A DNA stretch of 64,000 bases from Burkholderiales bacterium (GCA_050246035.1 JBFWWT010000005.1:16575-80574); one strand, 5' to 3'. Positions 48,065-58,247 are shown, counted from the first letter of the stretch. Notes: generated by a model not told the origin, from the sequence alone. Program-made: numbers and translations.

Positions 48065-50029
48065 ATGGCCAAACAGCAGGTCTACGACGCCTCCGCCATC
48101 CAGGCCCTGAAGGGGCTGGAGCCCGTGCGCCGCATGCCGGGCATGTACACGCACACGGTGCACCCGCTGCACATCGTGCAGGAGGCGATCGACAACGCGG
48201 TGGACGAGGCGCTCGCCGGCTACGGCAAGCGCATCACGGTGCGCGTCTTCAAGGACGGCTCGGTCGAGGTCGAGGACGAGGGCCGCGGCATCCCGGTGGA
48301 CATGCACCCGGTGGAGAAGAAGCCCGCGGTCGAGGTCGCCTTCGGCATGCTGCACGCGGGCGGCAAGTTCTCGCGCTCGGGAGAGGGCGCCTATCACATC
48401 TCCGGCGGCCTGCACGGCGTGGGCGTCGCGGTCTCCAACGCGCTCTCGAAGCGCCTCGAGGTGACCGTGTGCCGGGACGGCGGCCGGCACACGATCGCCT
48501 TCGAGGGCGGCGAGCTGAAGCAGAAGCTGAAATCCGAGAAGTCGAAGGATCGCCGCACGGGAACCATGGTGCGGATGTGGCCCGATCCCAAGTACTTCGA
48601 TTCGGCGGCGATCCCGATGGCCGAGCTCGAGCACCTCGTGCGCTCCAAGGCCTACCTGCTGCCCGGCCTCGCCACGGTGCTGGAGGTGGAAGGCAGGGAG
48701 AAGAAGACCTGGAAGTACGAGCGCGGCATGGCGCAGTACTTCGACTTCATGCTGGCCGGGCGGGAGCTGGCGGCGCCGCTTTTCGCCGGCGAGCGCTACT
48801 ACACCGAGACGAGCATCCCCGACATCGAGCCCGGCGAGGGCGCGGCGTGGGCGATCGGCTGGGTGGCCGAGGGCGAGGTGTTCGCCGACAGCCACGTGAA
48901 CCTCATTCCCACGCGCTCGGGCGGCACGCACGAGGCGGGCTTTCGCGCCGGGATCTTCGAGGCGCTCGCGGCGTTCATGGACCGGCGTGGGCTCGCGCCC
49001 AAGGGCGTGAAGCTGGTGGCCGACGATGCCTGGGCGCGCGCCTGCTTCACGCTCTCGGCGCGCATCGTGCGCACGCAGTTCCACGGACAGACGAAGGAGA
49101 AGCTCACCACGCGCCACGCGGCGAAGCTGCTCGAGCTCTGCGTGCGCGACGCCTTCGAGCTGTGGCTGAACGAGCACCCCGACGAGGGCAGGAAGATCGC
49201 CGAGCTCGCGATCGAGCAGGCGATGGCGCGCCTCGCCAAGGGCAAGAAGGTCGAGCGCAAGAAGTCCTCCGGCATCGCCACGCTGCCCGGCAAGCTCGTC
49301 GACTGCGCCTCGGGCGACGTGACGCGGAACGAGCTCTTCCTCGTCGAGGGCGACTCGGCGGGCGGCTCGGCGAAGGAGGCGCGCGACAAGGAGTCGCAGG
49401 CGATTCTTCCCTTGCGCGGCAAGGTGCTGAACACCATGTCGAAGGACAGCCGCACGGTGCTCGCCAACAAGGAGCTGCAGGCGATCGCCACCGCCATCGG
49501 CGTCGATCCGCACGGGCCCGACGACGCGGTCGATCTCTCGGGCCTGCGCTACGGCAAGGTGATCCTGATGACGGACGCCGACGTGGACGGCGGCCACATC
49601 CAGGCGCTGCTGCTCACGTTCTTCTTCATGCACGCCCCCCGGCTCGTCGAGGCGGGGCACCTGTACGTGGCGCAGCCGCCGCTCTACAAGGTGGAGGTGC
49701 CCGCGCAGGGCAAGGGCAAGCCCGCGCGGCGCCTGTACTGCCTGGACGACGACGAGCTGGACGAAGCGCTCGCCACGCTGAAGAAGGAAAAGGTGCGGGA
49801 GGGCGCCTGGGAGATCTCGCGCTTCAAGGGCCTGGGCGAGATGAGCCCCGAGCAGCTCTGGGAGACCACGATGAATCCCGATACGCGGCGCCTGGTGCGC
49901 ATGCAGCTCGACGCGAAGCAGCTGAAGAAGGCGCGCGCCACCTTCGAGCTCCTCATGGACTCGGGCGAGGCCGAAGGCCGACGCAACTGGATGCGCGAGC
50001 ACTGGAAGACCGTCGAGGCGGATGTCTAG
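48065..50029 (+). CDS. parE: DNA topoisomerase IV subunit B
   Basis: GLEPVR.MPGMY, E.IDN..DE, LHAGGKF, VEGDSAGG, PLRGK, DADVDG, RFKGLGEM. Confidence 0.95.
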   Translation: MAKQQVYDASAIQALKGLEPVRRMPGMYTHTVHPLHIVQEAIDNAVDEALAGYGKRITVRVFKDGSVEVEDEGRGIPVDMHPVEKKPAVEVAFGMLHAGGKFSRSGEGAYHISGGLHGVGVAVSNALSKRLEVTVCRDGGRHTIAFEGGELKQKLKSEKSKDRRTGTMVRMWPDPKYFDSAAIPMAELEHLVRSKAYLLPGLATVLEVEGREKKTWKYERGMAQYFDFMLAGRELAAPLFAGERYYTETSIPDIEPGEGAAWAIGWVAEGEVFADSHVNLIPTRSGGTHEAGFRAGIFEALAAFMDRRGLAPKGVKLVADDAWARACFTLSARIVRTQFHGQTKEKLTTRHAAKLLELCVRDAFELWLNEHPDEGRKIAELAIEQAMARLAKGKKVERKKSSGIATLPGKLVDCASGDVTRNELFLVEGDSAGGSAKEARDKESQAILPLRGKVLNTMSKDSRTVLANKELQAIATAIGVDPHGPDDAVDLSGLRYGKVILMTDADVDGGHIQALLLTFFFMHAPRLVEAGHLYVAQPPLYKVEVPAQGKGKPARRLYCLDDDELDEALATLKKEKVREGAWEISRFKGLGEMSPEQLWETTMNPDTRRLVRMQLDAKQLKKARATFELLMDSGEAEGRRNWMREHWKTVEADV

Positions 50030-50243
50030 AAGCAAGCCCAAGCCGTTCTGGGAGCGGGCCTACAAGGGCCACGTGCTCTGGCTCGGCAGGCAGAAGCTCG
50101 GGAAAGTGAGCCTGGCGGGCGAGGGCCGCTACACCTGGGAGGCGGCCGGCAAGGCCGGCGCCACCGAGGACCTCGACAGGGCGAAGAAGGCGGTGGAGCT
50201 CGCCGTCGCGCTCGCCGACAAGCAACCGGATCTTTTCGACTGA
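50022..50243 (+). CDS. Hypothetical 73-aa protein ending in QPDLFD
   Basis: Overlaps the parE stop, ends 1 nt before parC; GAGG RBS; host-like codons. Confidence 0.72.
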   Translation: MSRSKPKPFWERAYKGHVLWLGRQKLGKVSLAGEGRYTWEAAGKAGATEDLDRAKKAVELAVALADKQPDLFD

Positions 50244-50244
50244 C

Positions 50245-52539
50245 ATGGATACCCACACCCCGGATCTCTTCGCGCCCGACAACGGCGATGACGCCGCGCC
50301 CATCGAGCGCCACGCTTCGCAGGCCTACCTCGGCTACGCGGTCTCCACCGTCAAGGCGCGCGCGCTTCCCGAGATCGCCGATGGCCTGAAGCCAGTGCAG
50401 CGCCGCATCCTCTACGCCATGGGCGACGCGGGCGCGCAGGGCTTCGCCAAGTGCGCGCGCTACGTGGGCGAGGTGCTCGGCAAGTACCATCCGCACGGCG
50501 ATTCCTCCACGTACGAGGCGCTGGTGCACCTCGCGCAGCCCTTTTCCATGCGCTATCCGCTCATCGACGGGCAGGGCAACTTCGGCTCGCGGGACGGCGA
50601 CGCGGCGGCCGCCTACCGCTACACCGAAGCGAAGCTCTCGCGCTACGCCGAGCTGATGCTCGCCGAGATCGGCGAGGGCACGGTCGACTTCCAGAAGAAC
50701 TACGACGGCAAGTTCGAGGAGCCGGTGCTGCTGCCCGCGCGCCTGCCCTTCGGCCTGCTGAACGGCTCGTTCGGCATTCCGGTGGGTTTTTCCACGCGCA
50801 TCCCGTCGCACAACCTGAGGGAAGTCGCGGCGGCGGCGGCCGAGGTCATCAAGCACCCGCGCGCGAAGCTGGAGGACGTGCTCGAGCGGCTGCCCGGCCC
50901 GGACTTTCCGGGCGGCGGGCAGGTGATCTCGCCGCCGGAGGAGATTCGCCAGGCTTACGAGAGCGGGCGCGGCTCGCTCGCGCTGCGCGCGCGCTGGACC
51001 GTCGAGCCCCTCGCGCGCGGCCAGTGGCGCATCGTGGTCACCGAGCTGCCGCATGGCGTGTCCTGCCGACAGGTGCTCGAGGAGATCGAGGCGCTCGCCA
51101 ACCCGCGGCCCGCGAGCGGCAAGAAGGAAGTGACGCAGGAGCAGAAGCGCCTGCGCCAGTTCATCCTCGACCAGGTCGAGGCGGTGAGGGATGAATCCGA
51201 CCGCAAGTCGAAGCTGCGCCTGGTGATCGAGCCGCGCAGCTCGCGCCAGGACCCCGCGGCGACCATGGCGGCGCTGCTGGTGCACACCAGCCTCGAGGCG
51301 CGCTACGCGATCAACCTCACCTGGCTCGGCCTCGACGGACTGCCGGAGACCAAGGGCATCCTCGACATCCTGCGCGAGTGGGGCGACTGGCGCGTGCAGA
51401 CCGTGCGCCGGCGCACCGAGCACCGGCTCGCGAAGTGCGAGGAGCGCCTGCACATCGTGCTCGGGCGGCTGCTCGCCTTCGTGCGCATCGACGAGATCAT
51501 CAAGCTGATCCGCGCGGCCGAGGACCAGGCCGAGGCGAAGCAGAAGATGATCGCCAAATGGAAGTTCACCGAGCGCCAGGCCGAGGACATCGTCAACATC
51601 CGCCTCGGCCAGCTGACGAGGCTCGACGGCGTGAAGCTGAACGACGAGAGGAAGGCGCTCGAGTCGGAACGCAAGGAGCTGAAGGCGATCCTCGGCGACG
51701 ACAAGCAGCTGAAGAAGCTCGTGGTGAAGGAGCTCGAAGAGGACGCGAAGAAGTACGGCGACGAGCGCCGCACCCTCGTCAAGGCCGAGGAGCGCGCGCA
51801 AGTGGAGCGCACGGTGGTGGAGGAGCCGATCACGGTGATCCTGTCGCGCAAGGGCTGGATCCGGGCGCGCACCGGGCATGGCCTCGACCTGGCCTCGCTC
51901 GCCTTCAAGGACGGCGACGCCCTGCTGCAGGCCCTGGAATGCAAGACGACCGACCCGGTGATCGTGCTCGCCGGATCGGGCAAGACCTTCACGCTCGATG
52001 CTGCCGCGCTGCCCACCGGGCGCGGGGACGGCGCGCCGGTGAACACCCTCGTCAACTCCTCGTCCGACGACATCGTCTGGATGGGCACGGGCGATCCGGC
52101 GGCGCCGCTCCTCATGCACAGCACGGCGGGCCTGGGCTTCCGGTGCAAGCTCGGCGATCTCGTGTCGCGCACGCGCCAGGGCAAGGATTTCATGAACGTC
52201 GGCGAGGGCGCGCAGGCGCGGCCGCCGGCGCCGGCGCGGGGCGGCCGGTACGTGGCCGCGCTCTCCTCGGACGCGCGCCTGCTCGTCTTCCCGCTCGACG
52301 AGGTGCCGGTGCGACCGAACGGCGGCGTGGGCGTGCAGCTCATCGCGCTGCCCGAGAAGGTCGCGCTGGCTTCGGTGGCGGTGACCGACGGCAAGAGCCT
52401 CGTCGTTTCCGGCATTCGCCGGAAGAACCGCGCCGAGGAGACGCTCGACGCCAAGCAGCTCGCCGAGCACATGGGCCGGCGCGCGCAGCGCGGGCGCGTG
52501 TGCGACGCGGGCTTCCGGCCGGATCGCGTTGGTTCCTAG
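50245..52539 (+). CDS. parC: DNA topoisomerase IV subunit A
   Basis: [25 protein letters not shown]; C-terminal beta-pinwheel. Confidence 0.95.
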   Translation: MDTHTPDLFAPDNGDDAAPIERHASQAYLGYAVSTVKARALPEIADGLKPVQRRILYAMGDAGAQGFAKCARYVGEVLGKYHPHGDSSTYEALVHLAQPFSMRYPLIDGQGNFGSRDGDAAAAYRYTEAKLSRYAELMLAEIGEGTVDFQKNYDGKFEEPVLLPARLPFGLLNGSFGIPVGFSTRIPSHNLREVAAAAAEVIKHPRAKLEDVLERLPGPDFPGGGQVISPPEEIRQAYESGRGSLALRARWTVEPLARGQWRIVVTELPHGVSCRQVLEEIEALANPRPASGKKEVTQEQKRLRQFILDQVEAVRDESDRKSKLRLVIEPRSSRQDPAATMAALLVHTSLEARYAINLTWLGLDGLPETKGILDILREWGDWRVQTVRRRTEHRLAKCEERLHIVLGRLLAFVRIDEIIKLIRAAEDQAEAKQKMIAKWKFTERQAEDIVNIRLGQLTRLDGVKLNDERKALESERKELKAILGDDKQLKKLVVKELEEDAKKYGDERRTLVKAEERAQVERTVVEEPITVILSRKGWIRARTGHGLDLASLAFKDGDALLQALECKTTDPVIVLAGSGKTFTLDAAALPTGRGDGAPVNTLVNSSSDDIVWMGTGDPAAPLLMHSTAGLGFRCKLGDLVSRTRQGKDFMNVGEGAQARPPAPARGGRYVAALSSDARLLVFPLDEVPVRPNGGVGVQLIALPEKVALASVAVTDGKSLVVSGIRRKNRAEETLDAKQLAEHMGRRAQRGRVCDAGFRPDRVGS

Positions 52540-53746
52540 AGAGCTCCGGCCGCTCGCCGCGCCCGCGGCGATCCTCGCCGCCGCGGCACTCGCGGTGTGG
52601 ACGGGACCGTCGCTGCCGCAGTCGCTCTCGGGCCTGCGCTCGCTCGGCCCGTACGTGGTGCTCGCGCTGGGCGCGGCGTTCGCGTTGCGCTTCAACCGCG
52701 GCCGCGCGCTCATCCTGCTCGCTTCGCTCCTTGCCGCGTACGCCGGCTACGACTACGCGCAGGGACTGGGCGGCTTCGCCGAGAAGGCCGTCTATACGGC
52801 GCTCGTCGTGCTCGTGCCGCTGAACGCCCTCATCGCCATGACGCTGCCCGAGCGCGGTGTCGTCTACCACGGCAGCTACCGCTGGCTGGTGCTCCTCGCC
52901 GTCGAGGCGCTGCTCATCGTCTGGATCGCGGCCGCCGGGCGCAGCGCGCTTTCGGGTCTCGCCTGGCAGGGCGTGCTCGATCACTGGCTGCTGCGCTCGC
53001 CGCCCACGCCGCTCGTCGGGCGGCTGCTCTTCGGCGCGGCCTTCGCCGTCGCCGTGTGGCGCGCCTGGCCCAAGCACACGCCGCTCGACCTCGGACTCGC
53101 CGCGGCGCTGGTTGCCTACTTCATCGCCGCGGAGTGGGCCACGCAGCCCGTTGTGTTCGCCGCCTTCATGTCGGCCTCCGGCGCCGTGGTGCTCATCGCC
53201 TTCGTGCAGGAGTCGCATCGCCTCGCTTTCCGCGACGAGCTCACGGGGCTCCCGGGCCGGCGCGCGCTGGACGAACAGCTGCGCGCGCTCGGGCCGCGAT
53301 ACACGATCGCCATGATCGACGTGGACCACTTCAAGAAATTCAACGACACGCACGGCCACGACATCGGCGACCAGGTGCTCAGGCTGGTCGCCGCGCGCCT
53401 GGCCGAGGTGGGCGGCGGCGGCATGGCGTTCCGCTACGGAGGCGAGGAGTTCAGCGTGCTCTTCCCCGAGCGCGCATTGAAGGAGGCGCTGCCCTTCATC
53501 GAAGCGACGCGCGAAGCGATCGAGCGCTACCGCATGGCGGTGAGGAGCGAGGAGCGGCCGCGTCGCCAGGAGGCGGGCATCCGGCGCCGCGGCGACGCGC
53601 CGCCGACCAAGCTGCTGTCCGTCACCGTGTCCATGGGTGCGGCCGAGCCCGAGGTCGAGCGCCAGCCGCCGTCGCAGGTGCTGAAGGCCGCCGACGAGGC
53701 GCTCTACCGCGCCAAGCAGGGTGGGCGCAACCGCGTCAGCCTGTGA
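52529..53746 (+). CDS. Membrane diguanylate cyclase (GGEEF, no RxxD)
   Basis: Several TMs, DELTGL, DHFK.FND..GH, RYGGEEF. Confidence 0.9.
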   Translation: MVPRELRPLAAPAAILAAAALAVWTGPSLPQSLSGLRSLGPYVVLALGAAFALRFNRGRALILLASLLAAYAGYDYAQGLGGFAEKAVYTALVVLVPLNALIAMTLPERGVVYHGSYRWLVLLAVEALLIVWIAAAGRSALSGLAWQGVLDHWLLRSPPTPLVGRLLFGAAFAVAVWRAWPKHTPLDLGLAAALVAYFIAAEWATQPVVFAAFMSASGAVVLIAFVQESHRLAFRDELTGLPGRRALDEQLRALGPRYTIAMIDVDHFKKFNDTHGHDIGDQVLRLVAARLAEVGGGGMAFRYGGEEFSVLFPERALKEALPFIEATREAIERYRMAVRSEERPRRQEAGIRRRGDAPPTKLLSVTVSMGAAEPEVERQPPSQVLKAADEALYRAKQGGRNRVSL

Positions 53747-54519
53747 GCTGGGATCCGGCCCAGTACCTCAAATTCGCCGGCGAGCGCCTGCGCCCGGCGG
53801 TGGACCTGCTTGCGCGCGTGGAGGCCGAGGCGCCCGACAGCGTCGTCGACCTGGGCTGCGGCGCGGGCAACCTCGCACCGCTCATCCTCGAGCGCTGGCC
53901 GCGGGCAAGGCTCGTCGGCGTGGACAGCTCACCCGAAATGCTCGCGCGCGCGCGCGCCGAGCATCCGCGCGCGGAGTTCGTGCAGGCCGACATCGGCGCC
54001 TGGCGCCCGCGCGCGCCCGTGGACGTCCTCTACAGCAACGCAGCCCTGCACTGGCTCGACGATCACGCGCGGCTCTTTCCCGCGCTGCTCGAGTCGGTGA
54101 AGCCCGGTGGCTGGCTCGCGGTGCAGATGCCGCGCAACTTCGCGGCGCCCTCGCACGCGTCGATCGTGGAGACGATCGAGCAGGGGCCCTGGCGCGCGAG
54201 GCTCGAGCCGCACCTGCGCCGGGAGCCGGTGGCGGCGCCCCAGGCCTACTGGGGGCTGCTCGCGCCGCGCGCGGCGGCGCTGCAGATCTGGGAGACCGAA
54301 TACCTGCAGGTGCTCGCGGGCGAGAATCCCGTCGCCGAGTACACCAAGGGAACGTGGCTCAAGCAGTTCCTCGACCGCCTGCAGGGCGAGGAGCGCCGGG
54401 CGTTCGAGGAGGACTACCGCCGGCGCGTGCTCGAGCGGTATCCGCCGCAGGCCGACGGGCGCACGCTGTTTCCATTCCGGCGCCTTTTCATCGTCGCGCA
54501 GCGCTCGGGCGCGATCTGA
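53743..54519 (+). CDS. tam: Trans-aconitate 2-methyltransferase
   Basis: WDP.QY, DLGCG.G, NAALHW, QMP.N, FPFRRLF. Confidence 0.9.
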   Translation: MSWDPAQYLKFAGERLRPAVDLLARVEAEAPDSVVDLGCGAGNLAPLILERWPRARLVGVDSSPEMLARARAEHPRAEFVQADIGAWRPRAPVDVLYSNAALHWLDDHARLFPALLESVKPGGWLAVQMPRNFAAPSHASIVETIEQGPWRARLEPHLRREPVAAPQAYWGLLAPRAAALQIWETEYLQVLAGENPVAEYTKGTWLKQFLDRLQGEERRAFEEDYRRRVLERYPPQADGRTLFPFRRLFIVAQRSGAI

Positions 54520-54527
54520 GAATTGCC

Positions 54528-54556
54528 TTGTCTATCCGGGCCTTAGGCCTCATACT
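54528..54556 (+). promoter_or_regulatory. sigma70 promoter of infA-arfB
   Basis: TTGTCT-17-CATACT. Confidence 0.55.
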
Positions 54557-54588
54557 GCCCGCCTTTCCGTATTTGCTTGAAGGAACCT

Positions 54589-54858
54589 ATGGCCAAGGAA
54601 GAAATGCTGGAGATGGAAGGGGTGGTGCAGGAAGTGCTGCCCAGCACGCAGTTCAGGGTCGAGCTCACCAACGGCGCGCAGGTGCTCGCCTACGCGGGCG
54701 GCAAGGTGAGGAAGAACCGCATCCGCATTCTCGCGGGTGACCGTGTGACCATGGAAATGTCTCCCTACGACCTTACGCGCGGACGCATCAGCTTCCGCCA
54801 CAAGGACGAGAATCCCGTCGCGATGCCGCAGCGGCGGCCGATGTACCGCAAGCGCTGA
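54589..54858 (+). CDS. infA: Translation initiation factor IF-1 with C-terminal extension
   Basis: [33 protein letters not shown]. Confidence 0.95.
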   Translation: MAKEEMLEMEGVVQEVLPSTQFRVELTNGAQVLAYAGGKVRKNRIRILAGDRVTMEMSPYDLTRGRISFRHKDENPVAMPQRRPMYRKR

Positions 54859-54863
54859 GACCC

Positions 54864-55271
54864 ATGTCGGGGTCGGCCCCGGCCATCCCCGAGCAGGAAA
54901 TCCGGATCACCGCCGTGCGCGCGCAGGGCGCCGGCGGCCAGAACGTCAACAAGGTCTCGAACGCCGTCCACCTGCGCTTCGATGTGCGAGCGTCCTCGCT
55001 TCCAGAAGAGATCAAGCGGCGGCTGCTGCATCTTGGCGACAAGCGCATCACCCGCACCGGTGTCGTGGTGATCAAGGCGCAGCAGCACCGCAGCCTGGAG
55101 ATGAACCGCGCCGAGGCGCTCGCGCGCCTGCAGGCCCTCGTCGACGCGGCCGCCCACGTGCCGAAGACGCGCCGGCCCACGCGGCCCACGCGCGCCTCGC
55201 GCGAACGGCGCATCGAGTCGAAACTGCGACGCGCACGGATCAAGGCCCAGCGCGCCCGCGTGCGCGACTGA
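54864..55271 (+). CDS. arfB: Alternative ribosome-rescue factor B
   Basis: GAGGQNVNKV, basic C-terminal tail. Confidence 0.93.
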   Translation: MSGSAPAIPEQEIRITAVRAQGAGGQNVNKVSNAVHLRFDVRASSLPEEIKRRLLHLGDKRITRTGVVVIKAQQHRSLEMNRAEALARLQALVDAAAHVPKTRRPTRPTRASRERRIESKLRRARIKAQRARVRD

Positions 55272-55285
55272 GTTAGCATCCGCGC

Positions 55286-56878
55286 ATGGCATCCGGCTCC
55301 CGATTCGCCACCGTCAGCCCGTCTTCGCTGCGCGAGCGGCTCCTCGCGCGCGAGGAGCTCGCGCTCCTCGACGTGCGCGAGCAGGGCGTGCACTACAAGG
55401 GCCATCCGTTCTTCGCCTGCGCGCTGCCGCTCTCGCGCCTGGAGCTCATGGCCTACGACCTGGTGCCGCGGCGCAGCGCCCCGCTGGTGCTGCTCGACGG
55501 CGGCGGCGAGGGCCTCGCCGAGCGCGCCGCGGCGAAGCTTGCCGGACTCGGCTACACGGACATCGCTCTCCTCGAAGGCGGCTGCGCGGGCTGGAAGGCG
55601 GCGGGCGGCGAGCTCTTCAGCGGCGTGAACGTGCCCTCGAAGGCCTTCGGCGAGTTCGTCGAGCACCATTACGACACGCCGCGCATCCCGCCGGCGGAGC
55701 TGAAGCGCCTGCAGGAAAGCGGCCGCAAGCTGGTCGTGCTCGACTCGCGCCCCTGGGACGAGTACCACCGTATGAACATCCCGGGCGGCGTCGACGTGCC
55801 GGGCGCGGAGCTCGTTTATCGCGCGCCGGGCCTCGCCGACGAAGACACGATGGTGGTGGTCAACTGCGCGGGCCGCACGCGCAGCATCATCGGCTGCCAG
55901 TCGCTGCGCAACGCGGGCTGGAAGAACGTGGTGGCGCTGAAGGACGGCACCATGGGCTGGGAGCTTGCCGGCTTCGAGTGCGAGCGCGGCTCCGGGCGGG
56001 TCGCGCCGCCGCCGGACGGCGCGGCGAAGCAGAAGGCGCGCGCGGCCGCCGACGCCGTGGCGCAGCGATTCCAGGTGAAGTTCGCGCGCGCGCCGCAGGT
56101 GCGCGACTGGCTGCGCGAGGCAGCGCGCACGACGTACCTGCTCGACGTGCGCTCGCGAGAAGAGTTCGAGGCAGGCCACCTTGCTGGCTCGCGCCATGCG
56201 CCGGGCGGCCAGCTCGTGCAGGCGACCGACGAGTTTGTCGGCGTGCGCAACGCGCGCGTGGTGCTCGTCGATCCCGAGCGCGTGCGCTCGGTGATGACCG
56301 CGTCCTGGCTCAATCAGATGGGCTGGGACGAGGTCTACGTCCTCGAGCCCGACGCGGGGGACTGGCCGCTCGAGCGCGGTGCGCGCGCGCCGAACGTGCC
56401 GGAGCTCGCGCCCTGGCCGGGCATCGAGCCGCTCGAGCTCGCGCGCGTGCAGGCGACCGTGATTGATCTCTCGACGAGCCTGCGCTTCCGGGCGCGGCAC
56501 GTGGCGGGCGCTTGGTGGGCGGTGCGCTCGCGTCTGGGCGAGGCGCGCGCGAAGCTCGGCGAGGCGAAGGAGATCGTGCTCACCTCGGACGACGGCCTGC
56601 TCGCGCGCCTCGCCGCCCCCGAGGCCGCCGCGGTCTGGCCTCAGGCGCGCGTGCAGGTGCTCGAAGGCGGCAACCAGGCCTGGTTCGCCGCGCAGCTGCC
56701 GACGGAGTCGGGCTTCGCCGGGCGCGCGACCACAACGCTCGACGACGTCTGGTACAAGCCCTACGACCACGAGCACGAGACCGACTACGAAAAGCACGCG
56801 CGCGCCTATCTCGACTGGGAGGTGGCGCTCGTGGAGCAGATCAAGCGCGACCCGACGATCCGCTTCCGCGCCTACTAA
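55286..56878 (+). CDS. Multi-domain rhodanese-like sulfurtransferase
   Basis: Repeated LDVR/LDSR modules, NCAGRTRS, LEGG..W. Confidence 0.85.
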   Translation: MASGSRFATVSPSSLRERLLAREELALLDVREQGVHYKGHPFFACALPLSRLELMAYDLVPRRSAPLVLLDGGGEGLAERAAAKLAGLGYTDIALLEGGCAGWKAAGGELFSGVNVPSKAFGEFVEHHYDTPRIPPAELKRLQESGRKLVVLDSRPWDEYHRMNIPGGVDVPGAELVYRAPGLADEDTMVVVNCAGRTRSIIGCQSLRNAGWKNVVALKDGTMGWELAGFECERGSGRVAPPPDGAAKQKARAAADAVAQRFQVKFARAPQVRDWLREAARTTYLLDVRSREEFEAGHLAGSRHAPGGQLVQATDEFVGVRNARVVLVDPERVRSVMTASWLNQMGWDEVYVLEPDAGDWPLERGARAPNVPELAPWPGIEPLELARVQATVIDLSTSLRFRARHVAGAWWAVRSRLGEARAKLGEAKEIVLTSDDGLLARLAAPEAAAVWPQARVQVLEGGNQAWFAAQLPTESGFAGRATTTLDDVWYKPYDHEHETDYEKHARAYLDWEVALVEQIKRDPTIRFRAY

Positions 56879-56896
56879 TTGGGGACAGTCCGCAAT
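56876..56896 (+). repeat. Solo half-copy of the 44306 element
   Basis: TAATTGGGGACAGTCCGCAAT vs TAATTGGGGACGGACCTCAAT (18/21). Confidence 0.7.
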
Positions 56897-56902
56897 AAGA
56901 TC

Positions 56903-57274
56903 ATGCCGCGCAGGGTGCTCGAAGAAGAGCGGATACACCCGGAGATCCGCGACCGCATCGCCGACTACCGCGGCGAGATCGTGCGCGAGGTGGAGCAGGC
57001 GGTGGCCGAGAACGACATCGTCGTCGTCGGCATGCGCTACAACCCCTTCCCGAAGAAGGCGCGCGCGCTGCTCGACGCGCGCGGGTACCGCTACAAGTAC
57101 CTCGAGTACGGCAGCTACCTGCGCGACTGGCGCCGGCGCCTCGCGCTCAAGATGTGGGCGGGCTGGCCCACCTTTCCCATGGTGTTCGTGAAGGGGGTGC
57201 TGGTGGGCGGGGCATCCGACCTGGAGAAGCTGATCGCGAGCGGCGAGCTCGACGAGATGCTCGCCGGGATCTAG
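56903..57274 (+). CDS. Glutaredoxin-fold protein without cysteine
   Basis: WPTFPMVFVKG.LVGG..L...GEL; no Cys in the sequence. Confidence 0.8.
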   Translation: MPRRVLEEERIHPEIRDRIADYRGEIVREVEQAVAENDIVVVGMRYNPFPKKARALLDARGYRYKYLEYGSYLRDWRRRLALKMWAGWPTFPMVFVKGVLVGGASDLEKLIASGELDEMLAGI

Positions 57275-57278
57275 CGCG

Positions 57279-57878
57279 TCAGCGCAGCAGGCCGAGCGCG
57301 TCGAATCTGAGGTAGAGCTCGCGGCAGACCCAGGCGTCGGTCGCGGCGTAAGCGATCTGCTGCGCCGTGAGTCGCCGCGCCGCCCAGTTGGTGGTCTTCG
57401 TGCCCTTGGGGATGCGCGCGCCGAGGAAGATCCCGGCGAGGTTGCGCAGCCCGGTTTGCCTGAGGCCGTGGCGGCGCGCGACGTGCCCGAGGTCGAGCGC
57501 GGATGCCTCCTCGAAGGCGAAGAGCTGCTTCAGCTGGCGCAGGTCGTCGGCGAGCGCGACGCCGGCATTCACGATGCCCGGCTCGCCGAGCACGCGCGCG
57601 AGCAGCGCCGAGCAGTCCAGGCGCTGCAGCGGGAAGAGGTACACCGCGCGCGCCGTGGCCACCTGGGCGAGCGCAGGCAGGTGGCGCTCGCCCTTGCGGA
57701 AGGCCGGGCGCGTTTCGGTGTCGAAGCCGATCGCGGCTTCGCGCAGGATCTCCTCGCCGGCGCGCGCCAGCGCTTCGGCCGTCTCCACGAGATGCACCTC
57801 GCCTTCGTAGCGGCAGACGGGCAGCGCCAGCATCTCCTCGCGCGAGATCGTGCGCCGGTACTCCGGGGGCAGGGTCAT
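57279..57878 (-). CDS. DEDDy 3'-5' exonuclease (WRN-exo-like)
   Basis: GFDTET, DDL, NW....L...QI.YAATD. Confidence 0.88.
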   Translation of the reverse strand: MTLPPEYRRTISREEMLALPVCRYEGEVHLVETAEALARAGEEILREAAIGFDTETRPAFRKGERHLPALAQVATARAVYLFPLQRLDCSALLARVLGEPGIVNAGVALADDLRQLKQLFAFEEASALDLGHVARRHGLRQTGLRNLAGIFLGARIPKGTKTTNWAARRLTAQQIAYAATDAWVCRELYLRFDALGLLR

Positions 57879-57908
57879 CGGCACGAGTGTAAGCTCTCGC
57901 GCGGGACC

Positions 57909-58247
57909 ATGAGCCGCAAGACCCGCCGCCGCCATCACCACCACGTCTACGTGGTCGAGCTCGATCCCGCGGTGCTCAATTTCGCGCGGTTTCGCAAGGC
58001 CAATCCCGACCGGGACCTGCTCAAGCCCTGCGTCTACGTTGGGATGACGGGCCTTATGCCCGAGGAGCGATTCGCCAAGCACAAGGCGGGCGTGCGCGCC
58101 AACCGCTACGTGCAGCGCTACGGCGTTCGCCTGCTGCCGCGACTCTACGCCTACGCCAACCCGATGCCGTACGAGGCCGCGCGCGAGATGGAGGTCGAGC
58201 TCGCGATCGGCCTGCGCGAGGAAGGCTACGCCGTATGGCAGGGTTGA
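57909..58247 (+). CDS. Putative GIY-YIG superfamily nuclease
   Basis: HVYVVEL...YVGMT...ERF.KH...ME. Confidence 0.62.
   Translation: MSRKTRRRHHHHVYVVELDPAVLNFARFRKANPDRDLLKPCVYVGMTGLMPEERFAKHKAGVRANRYVQRYGVRLLPRLYAYANPMPYEAAREMEVELAIGLREEGYAVWQG

Noticed and set aside
50485-50520. Quinolone-resistance substitutions in ParC
   Set aside because: HGDSSTYE retains the wild-type Ser and Glu
44306-56896. CRISPR interpretation of the TAATTGGGGAC repeat
   Set aside because: One doublet and one solo arm 12.5 kb apart; no spacers or cas genes
56879-56902. Track's TTG start for the glutaredoxin-like gene (also the 17467 and 36095 starts)
   Set aside because: These fall inside the repeat, a -10 box or the upstream gene; downstream ATGs fit better
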